This document shows positions 10,035 through 20,000 of a stretch of 20,000 nucleotides of DNA, in pieces (position 1 is the first letter of the stretch; every line of letters begins with the position of its first letter). The notes below the pieces were generated by a model. That model was not told the origin of the DNA, did no database searches, and saw only the letters and a list, made by a program, of their open reading frames with translations. Both the position numbers and the translations under genes were made by a program. Source of the DNA: Squalus acanthias (lineage: Eukaryota); contig JASTWF010000351.1 of the NCBI GenBank assembly GCA_030390025.1, forward strand, positions 483,344 through 503,343. Direction: 5' to 3'.

Positions 10035-13000
10035 GGTGTCTGAGAGTGTGTTTTACTCTGTATCTGTCCATCTCTGGTACGGGAATGTGGGTTCTGCTCT
10101 ATACCCATCGTTCTCCAGTATGTTAGTATCGTTTTATTCTTTACCAGTCAATTTCTGATATGATTATTCGTTTTACTTTCTACCTGTCATGTTCTGATAT
10201 GTGTGTGTGGTTCTTCCTCTATACCTGCCAGTTTCTGCTTAATAGGGATTAGGTTTTCCTTTGTACCTGTCGGTTGCTTGTATGGAAGAAATGTTTTCAC
10301 GCTGTAGCTTCATAAGAACATATGACGTAGGAGCAGGAGTAGGTCATTTGGACCCTCGAGCCTGCTCCGCCATTCAATAAGATCATGGCTGATCTGATCT
10401 TGGCCTCAACTCCACTTCCCTGCCCGCTCCCCATAACCCTTCACTCCATTTACTTTCAAAAATCTGTCTATCTCCAACTTGAATCTATTCAATGACCCAG
10501 CCTCCACAGCTGTCTTGGGAAGAGAATTCCAAAGATTCACGAGCCTCAGAGAAAAAAATCATCCACATTTCCGATTTAAAACTGTTTCCCCTTATTCTGA
10601 ATTTATGCCCCCTAGTTCTAGATTCCCCCACGAGGGGAAACATCATCTCTGCATCTACCCTGTGAAGCCCCTTCAGAATCTTATATATTTCAATACGATC
10701 CCCTCTCATTCTGCTAAACTACAATGTGTATACGCCCAACCTGCTCAACCTTTCTTCGTAAGACAAACACTTTATCTCAGGAATCAACCTCGTGAACCTT
10801 CTCTGAACTGCCTCCAATGCAAGTATATCCTTCCTTAAATAAGGAGACCAAAACTGTACGCAGTAATCCAGGTGTGGTCTCAGTTGTAACAGGACTTCCC
10901 TACATTTATACTCCATTCCCTTTGCAATAAAGGCCACATTACTGATAAGTGAGTATTTACTTTCTATCTGTCAGTATCTGTTATGGGAGTGTGGGTTTTA
11001 CTCTGAATCTATCAGTCTCTGGTACATGAATGTGGGTTCTGTTATCTACCCGTCATTTACTGAAATGTAAATCTGACTTTTATCCTGTGCTTCTCAGTTT
11101 CTGGTATTTGAGTGTAGGTTTTACTCTGTACCTGTTAGTTTCTGGTATGTGAGTGTGGGTTTGTTTTGTACCTATCAGTTTCTGGTATGTGAGTTTGGGT
11201 TTTACGCTGTACCTGTCAGGTTCTGGTATATGAGTAAGGGCTTTAATCATTACCTGCCAGTTTCTGATATGGGACTGTGGATTTAAGTCAGTATCTGTCA
11301 GTTTCTTTTACGTGACTATTGATTTTACTCTATAACTCTCAGTCTCTGGTATGCTATTATTGGGCTTACACCATGGCAGTCAGTTTCTGATACATGAGTG
11401 TGTGTTTTCCTTTCTACCTATCATTTTCTGCTATGGAGGAGAGCGGTTTATTCTGTAACTATCAGTGTCTGGTACATGAGCGTGGTTTTAGTCTTTATCT
11501 GTCAGTCTCTGCTGTGTGAGTATGGGCTTTGCATTTCGGTTTCTGCTTTGAAAGATTGGGTAAAAAAGTAACTATCAATCTCTGGTATCTGAGTGTGGTT
11601 TTAGTCTGTATCAGTCAGTCTCTGGTGTGTGAATGTGGATTTTACTCTCTACCTGTCACTCTCTGGGATGTGAGTGTGGCTTTCACTCTGTACCTGTCAG
11701 TTTCTGGTATATGTGTTTGGTTTATCTGTACCTTTCAATCTTTGATATGTGAGTGTGACTTTTACTCTCTATCAATTTCTGGTAGGTGAGTGTGGAGTTT
11801 TGTCTGTATCTGTCAGTTTCTGGGATTTGAGTGGGATTTCATGTCCTCTGAGGTGAATGTGGATTTTACTCTATTGTCAGTTTCTGATATGTGAGTCGGG
11901 TTTTGTGCTGTACCTGTCAGTTACTGGTATGTGAGTGTTTTTTTTCCCCTCTACCTGCCAGCTTCAGGTATGTTAGTAGTGTTTTGTTCTGTACATGTCA
12001 GTTTCTGGTATGTGAGTGGGGTATTGTCCTGTACCTGTCAGTTTCTGACATGTGAGTGGGGTTATATCCTGTACCTGTCAGTTTCTGGGCTGAGTGTGGT
12101 TTGGTCCTGTACCTGTCAGTTTCTGCTATGTGAGTGGGATTTTGTCCTGTAACTGTCAGTTTCTGTTATGTGAGTGGATTTTTATGCTTTAACTGTCAGC
12201 ATTTGGTATGTGAGTGGGGTTTTGTCCTGTACCTTTCAAATTCTGATATGTGTGTTAGGTTTTGTCCTGAACCTGTAAGTTTCTTTTATGTGAGTGGGAT
12301 TTTGTCCTGTACCTGTCTTTTTCTGATATGTGAATGGGGTTTTGCCCTGTAGCTGTCTATTTCTAGTCTTTGAGTGGGTTTTGTCCTGTACCTGTCAGTT
12401 TCTGGAATGTTAGTGGGGTTTTACGCTTTACCTGTTATTTTCTGATATGTGAGTTGTTTTTTGACCTGTACCTGTCAGTTTCTGGTATGTGAGTGGGGTT
12501 TTACGCTTTACCTGTTATTTTCTGATATGTGAGTTGTTTTTTGACCTGTACCTGTCAGTTTCTGGTATATGAGTCAGTTTTTGTTCTGTACCTATCATTT
12601 TCTGGTATGTAAGTGGAGTTTTGTCCTGTACCTGTCAGTTTCTGGTATGTGACTGGGGTTCTGTCCTGTACCTGTCAGTTTCTGGTATCTGTGTGGCATT
12701 TGTTCTGTACCTGTCAGATTATTGTATGTTAGTGTGGGTTTTGCGCTGTAGCTCTCAGTTTGTGTTATATGAGTAAAGGTTTTAATCAGAACAGTACCAG
12801 GCAGTACCTGGTAAGGGAGTGTATATTTTAGTCTATATCTGTCACTCTCTGGGATGTGAATGTGAGTTTTACTCTCTATCTGTCAGACTCTGGTATGTGA
12901 GTGTGGGTTATATTCTCTATCTGTCAGTTTCTGGTATGTGTGTGTTGGTTTTTTATGTATCTGTCTATCTCTATTCCATGAATGTGGATTTTACTCTGTG

Positions 13001-13400
13001 TCTGTCAGTCTCTGCTGTGTGAGTTTGTGTTTGACTCTATAGCTTTCAATCTCTGGGATGTGGGAGTGGATATATTTCTGTAAATATCAGTCTCTGGAAT
13101 GTGCATGCGGATTTATTTCTGTAACTGTCAGTTTCTGTTAAGTGAATGTGTATTTTATTCAAGTGTGTGAGGGTGGATTTCACCCTGTATCTGTCAGTCT
13201 CTGAGATGCAAGTCTGGGTTATATCTGTATCTGTCAATTTCTGGTGAGCGACTGTGGATTTCACTCTCTATCTCTCTGTATCTGGTATGTGAGTGTGCGT
13301 TTCTGTCTATCTGTCTGTGTTTAGTATGGGAGTGTGGGCTTTACTCTGTGACCTTCTACCTCTGTTGTGTGAGTTTGGGTTTTCCTCTGTATCTGTCAGT
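10035..13400 (+). repeat. Satellite array 3 (40-41 bp unit), interrupted by CR1 at 10311-10940
   Basis: Period 41 (CTGGTA at 11101 and 11142) and period 40 in a more homogeneous core ~11880-12730 (GTTTCTG at 12001, 12041, 12081). Confidence 0.95.
10311..10940 (-). mobile_element. 5'-truncated CR1 insertion, different subfamily
   Basis: AFIAKGMEYKCREVLLQLRPHLDYCVQFWSPYLRKDILALEAVQRRFTRLIP..YEERLSRLG and MRGDRIEIYKILKG..MFPLVGESRTRGH; 3' end on the minus strand is ..CATATGTTCTTATG. Confidence 0.93.
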
Positions 13401-13414
13401 CATCAATCTGTTAC

Positions 13415-14481
13415 AGTAAGTGATTGTGTTTCATTCTCAATCTGTCACTCTGTGAGTGATAATGTACTTACTGTGTGTGAGAAGGAGCAGCCTGCAATGC
13501 TCCTTTAGTTCAGGGTGGAGGAATGATCACATGTATTCTGGCTCATTGAAGTATTTTACTACGAGAATAATAACATGAGAACAATATTAATTATAAGATA
13601 TGGACAGCTGTGGGTAGAATATAAAAATAAATGTATAATTAATGTGTCTGTTTATAATAAAGTAAAGTATCTGGCGAGAGGAAACTGCGATACAAACAGT
13701 GTCATTGTCTGACCTCAGTACAGAACAGCGGCACTCAGATTCTCCACACCAGGTGTGTAGGACGGTTCTATAGTAAGTTATCAGCATCCAGACACAACCC
13801 AAACCCAGCACTAGACCATGAATGGAACCACCCTATTGGCACAGTCCAGGTTTATATCACCCATTCCCATGAGACTACCTGTAAATTACAAGGATCGCTT
13901 CCTGGAATATAACCACACTGGGCTGTACAACAATTGTTTTTAGTCGATTGAAACCGAGTTAAGGGCCTTAGTAGTTAACAGAATTCCACTGAACTCGGAT
14001 CCTGACGATTCTGACGGAGCGAAAACAAATCTCTCGATCACCAGCAACACGGTTGTGGAGAACTCAACGCACCGATACAGCTGTACAACAATTGTTTCTC
14101 GTCTATTGAAACCGAGTTGAGGGCCGGAGTAGTTATCAGAAAGCCTCAGAACTCGAGAATGGCCTCCCCCTTTCCCCACTCACCCCATGTCCCAGAACTA
14201 GTTCCTCCTCCACTCTGCCTCTTTCAAAGAGTCCCCGACAGCCGCTGAATTTACTCCGACTCAAAGCCATTCTGCGGACACAGTCCCAGTGCGATGTGCT
14301 GCTGTGAGGAGGCTGCTCTTTGCTCCCTTCCTCGGGCCCGAGATATCTCCGCTCCCTGATGTGTTCAACGATCATCAGCCGAACACAGAGGAAACGGCAC
14401 CCGCGGGCAGAGCTGGTGGAGGTGAGCTCGCATGGGCCCTTCCTGTCTGTTTAAACACTGTGCGGGAAAGGGGGAGGAGCA
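13415..14481. repeat. Paralogous block, copy 3 (internal deletions and one short duplication)
   Basis: 13447-14075 matches 4445-5065 and 7596-8225; 14156-14481 matches 8483-8783; 13923-13982 recurs at 14081-14140. Confidence 0.9.
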
Positions 14482-14972
14482 GACTTTTGTTTTAATCGCA
14501 AGCGCAGTGTTTGCGTCTCTTTCGTGTAGAATAAAAATATTTAGCTTTCTGAAAAACGCGCTGCTCCTTGTGGAATCCCCAAATGGATTATTCCTTCAGG
14601 ATTTGAAGTTGCCCAATTAAGAAACGGTGAGCCCATCAACCGTTCATTGGCTTTATACTCGGTTTTTAACATCCGTTCATATTCGGCTCTTACAACGTGT
14701 TAAATGATGGCCGGAGTCACTTTAAGATTCCGTGTTTTGTTTTTCTCTGAAGCCAATCCCTCTATATTGAATCACCGATTTGAATAGCCATTAACAGCAA
14801 AACCGCTGCAATGTTTGTGGATCGAGATTTCTGCATGTTGGACAGTGTGTCCTGCTTATAGCCGAGAATGTCTGAGGGCCATTTCAGATCAGGAAACTCC
14901 CAACTTAATTGCAATGATTTAATTTGCTCAATTACATCTGGGATAACTGTGATTCATCGAACAGAACTTAAG

Positions 14973-15013
14973 CAGCCCTTTCACAGATACAGTGGGTGGC
15001 TCTGAAAAGAGCC
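14973..15013 (-). terminator. H2A 3' stem-loop (14998-15013) and histone downstream element (14973-14981)
   Basis: Minus strand CCCAAA-GGCTCT-TTTC-AGAGCC-ACCCA, then AAAGGGCTG (U7 snRNP site consensus AAAGAGCTG). Confidence 0.95.
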
Positions 15014-15043
15014 TTTGGGTTATTAGATTGAATCTTGTCCGCT

Positions 15044-15666
<623 letters not shown>

Positions 15667-15759
15667 ATTTTCCTAAACGAGCGAATTAAGTTAATAAATT
15701 CACTATTAGCCAAAGATTTCCGGACTTTTTTATTCCTTTTGTCTTATTCCATCTCTCCC

Positions 15760-15810
15760 TTTCAAATTCCTGACGAAGGGGCGACAGCTCCGAAAGCTTG
15801 TAATTTTAAA
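15760..15810 (+). ncRNA. Minimal type-I hammerhead ribozyme motif of Penelope-like-element type
   Basis: CTGACGA (15770-15776), A, stem II GGGGC-gaca-GCTCC (15778-15791), GAAA (15792-15795), palindromic AGCT helix III, and stem I TTTCAAATTC / GTAATTTTAAA (one bulge, one mismatch). Confidence 0.75.
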
Positions 15811-15838
15811 TAAATCTGTTGGACTATAACCTGGTGTT
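15760..15838 (+). mobile_element. Short Penelope-like element terminal-repeat remnant
   Basis: Hammerhead followed by AATAAA and TCTGTTGGACTATAACCTGGTGTT. The hammerhead + AATAAA layout is characteristic of PLE pLTRs; the family assignment is from recall, not a search. Confidence 0.6.
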
Positions 15839-15907
15839 CATCTTTTTGGTTTGACAGAACCCAAATTTACTGTAAATCAATTAAAACTTTAAATTAAACT
15901 TAATAAA

Positions 15908-18900
15908 TCAAATTAAAATTTGAAAGTCCGGGCTGACGATGCACTCCAGTCCCCGCGGCACCCACCGGTCGCGGAAAAACTCAAGCGTGCCGGCGGACAC
16001 CGCGTGCTCCATCTCCAGGGCCCCTCGGGCGCGAACATGGCCGCGGAAGAGAGGCAGGCAATTGGGCCGAACGACCCCCTCGACCGCCCGCTGCCTGGAC
16101 CAATTAATGGCTTTCTTGGCCAGGCCCAGGAGCAGTCCTACGAGGAGGTCCTCCGACCTACCCGCTCCCCTCCGCACCGGGTGACCGTAGATCAGGAGCG
16201 TGGGGCTGAAGTGCAACCAGAAATTGAGGAGCAGCCCCTTCAAATAATGAAAGAGGGGCTGCAACCTCTCACATTCAACATAAATGTGATAGACGGACTC
16301 CTCCAGGCCGCAGAAATGGCAAGCAGCCTGGGAGTCCGTAAACCTATTTAAAACCCTATTGCACGGGACTGCTCCGTGCAACACCCTCCAGGCCAAGTCC
16401 CCAATAGAACAAGGGAAGACTCCCACGAAGAGAGCCTTCCAATGGGGACCTTCGGCTCCGCTGGAAAGCAGGATGGTACGCCAAGGCGTGTCCGGACGGC
16501 AGACGAAGATGGCAAAGTGGAGAGTGTGCAGGAGCAGCCCGTACAGGAAACGCCTCCGTGCGGATTGAAAGGGCATGGAGGGCATTTCTCCGAGAAGGCT
16601 CAAGTGGTGAGGCGGCAACTCCTGAGGGAGGATTCGGGGCCGGGCGCCGATAAGGAATTCCGTCCGAACGGGGGTCAGTTCGGACGGGATCGCCCCACGT
16701 GCTTGAGCCTCCTCGACACACCTAGTGGAGACGGGGCCCAGTGCCACTTTTAGCGACTCGATGGCTTTGACCGCGAGCCGGACGTTGACCCAAGACATGC
16801 GCCTCGCCAACTCCTCCGGTGCCATCCAGCCCGCTCCTCCGCCATCGAGCAGGTCCCCGACTCTGGTCACCTTACCGGGCACAGCCCTGCCCTCCGCCAG
16901 CCAGCCGAACCCGCGGTCGTGGAGGTGCGGATTCCTGAACAGCGGCTCCCGAAGGACGGCCGCCGCTCCTGACGGGGGAGAACTGCGCTCGGAGGCGACG
17001 CTGTTCCAAACCCATTGCAGTTCCTGGTAGAAGACAGGCAGCTCCCGCAGGCTGGCACGCGTGCCACGCACTCTCACAAACAGGAGCTGCGTGTCGTAAT
17101 TGAGGCCATGCAGCTGGCGGAAGAAATACATCGCCAGCGCACGCCACCTAGGAGGATTCTCCACGTACAGGTATCTCTGCAGCGTCTGAAGACGGAAAGT
17201 CGCCACCTGGGTGCGAAGGCACACCAGCGCCTGACCGCCCTCCCTAAGCGGGAGACTCAAAACCGCGGCAGAGACCCAGTGCTTCCTTTTGTCCCAGAAG
17301 AAGTCGACGAGCTTCTTCTGCATCTTGGCGACAAACGCAGGGGGAGGGATCAAAGTGACCAACCGGTACCACAACATGGCGGCCACCAGCTGGTTTATGA
17401 CCAGCGCTCGACCCCTGTAGGACAACACTTGGAGCAGTCCTGTCCAGCGCCCTAGGCGAGCGGTGACTTTGGCCTCCAGCTCTTGCCAGTTCGCCGGCCA
17501 GGCGTCCTCGGCCGGGCTGAGGTAGACTCCCAGGTAGAGGAGGTGCGTGGTGCTCCAGGCGAAAGGCCTGAACTCCTCCGGCAGGGAGTCCATCAGCCAT
17601 GGGCCCACCAGGAGTCCAGAACATTTCTCCCAGTTGATCTTGGCGGAGGATGGGTCCGAGTAAATCTGCTGGCATTCTCGCATCCTCCGCAAGTCGACGG
17701 GATCCGTGACCGCGAGGAGCACGTCATCGGCGTAAGCCGAGAGGACCACCTCCACGCCCGGCCCTTGCAGAGCCAGTCCCATCAACCTCTTCCGCAAGAG
17801 GCGCAGGAAAGGCTCCACGCAAACGGCGTATAACTGACCGGACATGTGGCATCCCTGACGCACCCCACTCCCGAAGCGAAGGGGCGCCGTCAAAGACCCG
17901 TTAACTTTAATGAGACACTCCGCGGCGGCGTACAGAATTCAGATCCGGGCGACGAAATGCGTCCCGAACCCGAATGCGCGCAGAGTCCCGAAAAGATACT
18001 CATGATCCACCCTGTCGAACGCCTTCTCCTGATCTAGGGAAAGGAAGGCGACCGACAGACCAGCCCTCTGGGAATGGTGGACCAGGTCCCGGACCAGATG
18101 GATGTTGTCGTGGATTGTCCGGCCCGGGACCGTGTAGGACTGGTCGGGGTGGATCATGTGGGCCAGCACGGTGCCAAGGCGAGCAGACATAGCCCTGGCG
18201 AAAATTTTGTAGTCCGTGCTGAGGAGGGAGACCGGGCGCCAGTTCTTAAGTAGGCGGAGATCGCCCTTCTTGGGCAGCAGGATGATGACCGCCTTGCGCC
18301 AAGAGAGGGGCATCTCCCTGGTCGCCAGACTTTCCCCCAGGACCCGTGCGTAGTCGTCCCCCAAGACGTCCCAGAACGCCCTGTGGAACTCCACGGTCAG
18401 CCTGTCCAGCCCCGGGGACTTGCCCCTCGAGAGCTGGCACAGGGCGCCGGTCAGCTCTGCCAGGCTTAGCGGAGCTTCTAAATTCTCGGCGCCCTCCGGG
18501 CCGACCTTCGGCAGGTCCTCCCACAAAACTCTGCGCGCATCCTCGCTGGACGGATCCAAAGAGAACAGAGCCCCGTAATAGGCCCGGGCCTCCGCGCTGA
18601 TGCCCTCCGGATCCGAGACCAGAGATCCGTCGTCGGCCAGCAGCCCCAAGAGCTGCTTACGGACCCCCAGTCTTTTTTCCAGCGAGTAGAAGAAGGGGGA
18701 GCCGCGGTCCAGGTCCCGCAGGAACTGGATCCGCGACCTCACGTACGCGCCTCGGGACCCGACCAGCTGCAGGTCCTTCAGCGCGCCCTTCTTCTCTTCG
18801 TACACCTTCCGCAGGGCCGGGTCCTCGACGACATGACCGAGACGGGACTCCAGGTCGAGCACTTCTTTCTCCAATCGCCCGACCCGGGCCTCCCGCCTCT

Positions 18901-19807
18901 TGGTCGACCCCTTTGCGTACTCCTGACAGAAGACGCGGACCTGAGCCTTGCCCACGTCCCACCATAGCCTCAAGGAGGGGAAGCCTCCCCGCTTCCTTCT
19001 CCAGTCGGCCCAGAACCGGCGAAACGAATCCCAGAACCGCGCGTCCTCCAGCAGCAGGTTGTTAGAATGCCAGTACGCGGACCCCCCCCGCGCGCGCAGC
19101 GGAGCGAGCTCCGCCCACACCAGGTGGTGGTCCGTGCACGGCACCGGCCGCATGGAAGCCGCCGGAATGCAGGAGACGTACGCCCGGGAAATGTAAAGGC
19201 GGTCGATTCCCGACCTTCCTCCTCCAGACCTCACGCTCGTGAAGGCGCTGGAGTCGGGATGGAGATTTCGCCAGACGTCCACCAAGTCGAAGGACCCGAC
19301 CAGCTCCCGCAACTTCTCCATCGCCGCCGGGCTTCGCGGGGGACCCGACCGGTCCCGCGCCTTGAGGGTACAATTGAAATCCCCCCCGAGGATGACGCAC
19401 TCGCCCACGTCGATGGAGCCCAGAAGAGCGGACACTTCTCCGAAGAAGCGCACTTGCTGCGCACCGGTCCGGGGGGCGTACACGTTCACTAAATGGAGCG
19501 GCACGCCTCCCAGGCGAACAGTGACCTGGAGCAAGCGGCCCGGCACGTGCTCCTTGACCCTCAAAATCTCTGGCTGAAAATGCGGGGCCAGCAAGACAGC
19601 CACCCCGCAGGAATTGTTAGAGAGGTGACTCATGCTGACCCCTCCTTGCCACTCCAGGATCCACGTGGCCTCGTCTCCCAGAACGGTGTGGGTTTCTTGC
19701 AGGAAGCACACCGCATATTTCCCGTCCCGAAGGACCAAGAAGTTATTGAATCTACGGCGCGCCTCCCTGCTGCCATTGATGTTGAGGCTGGCTATGGTTA
19801 TCTTCAT
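15908..19807 (-). pseudogene. Tx1-like ORF2 (APE endonuclease, reverse transcriptase, CCHC zinc knuckle), 1300 codons with one in-frame stop
   Basis: MKITIASLNING, LQETH, GGDFN, TDHH; NWRPVSLL, LDQEKAFDRV, GVRQGC, SAYADD, YLGV; CHFCGLEESVYHIYVEC. The 628-aa and 661-aa ORFs share one frame, separated by TGA at 17939-17941 and the open 15 codons ILYAAAECLIKVNGS. Confidence 0.95.
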
Positions 19808-19832
19808 CTCAGAAGCATAGTGCAACCTCTAC

Positions 19833-20000
19833 CTAACGGAGGGGAGGGAGCGCGGTCACTGACGACCGCCACTCCCTCAGCAGCCCAGTGTGGAAACTCT
19901 TGAGCCGACGCAGCTCGAGCCGGCCAACGTCCTTGTCCGCACCCATGATTTTAATGGCGGCGCGGACGGACACGACGAGCAGCGCCAGCTCCGACCACTT
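19833..20000 (-). CDS. C-terminus of retrotransposon ORF1 (partial)
   Basis: Open frame from the window end: KWSELALLVVSVRAAIKIMGADKDVGRLELRRLKSFHTGLLREWRSSVTALPPLR*, stopping 25 nt before the ORF2 ATG. Confidence 0.7.
   Translation of the reverse strand, partial: KWSELALLVVSVRAAIKIMGADKDVGRLELRRLKSFHTGLLREWRSSVTALPPLR

Larger units (their letters stand above)
15841..20000 (-). mobile_element. L1/Tx1-clade non-LTR retrotransposon, near-intact (5' part outside the window)
   Basis: Sharp switch to GC/CpG-rich sequence; ORF1 end, 25-nt spacer, ORF2 EN-RT-CCHC, and a short AT-rich 3' UTR ending ..CCAAAAAGA. Confidence 0.93.

Noticed and set aside
10940..13400. Regular ~40-bp periodicity as a CRISPR array
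   Set aside because: Head-to-tail degenerate monomers with no unique spacers, no cas genes, and a eukaryotic context.
11529..13508. Cys/Val/Phe-rich ORFs (also 3109-3382 and 5775-6132)
   Set aside because: These are translations of the satellite; a 40-41 bp unit does not preserve frame.
14544..14572. Minus-strand AAGGAGCAGCGC..GAAAGCT resembling a hammerhead stem II
   Set aside because: Lacks the CTGANGA core, and the stem does not pair.
15920..19903. Numerous overlapping and antisense ORFs in the Tx1 element (also 15035-15517 antisense to H2A)
   Set aside because: Expected by-products of GC-rich coding sequence; no recognisable motifs.

Overview
Eukaryotic, repeat-rich vertebrate DNA, most likely from a cartilaginous fish (inferred from the CR1 and Penelope repeat types). 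It looks like a decaying replication-dependent histone locus. Contents: (1) several CR1-clade LINE fragments (1-2727, ~5090-5644, 6860-7357, 10311-10940); (2) three arrays of a 40-41 bp TG-rich satellite, each followed by a paralogous 0.7-1.3 kb block, forming a segmentally triplicated 'satellite + block' unit; (3) one intact histone H2A gene (15044-15433, minus) with promoter, stem-loop and HDE, plus an internally deleted H4 (tail-only 35-aa ORF) and an H2B 3' remnant that both keep their 3' stem-loops; (4) a Penelope-type minimal hammerhead ribozyme motif (~15760-15810); (5) a GC-rich, near-intact L1/Tx1-clade retrotransposon (ORF1 end plus a 1300-codon ORF2 broken only by one in-frame TGA) whose 3' end abuts the hammerhead-bearing repeat about 400 bp upstream of H2A. 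The most notable candidates are the Tx1-hammerhead-histone junction (possible target-site specificity), the tail-only H4 mini-gene, and conserved minus-strand splice signals (17-nt micro-exon, ~199-nt exon) in the triplicated block. No prokaryotic features or CRISPR array.
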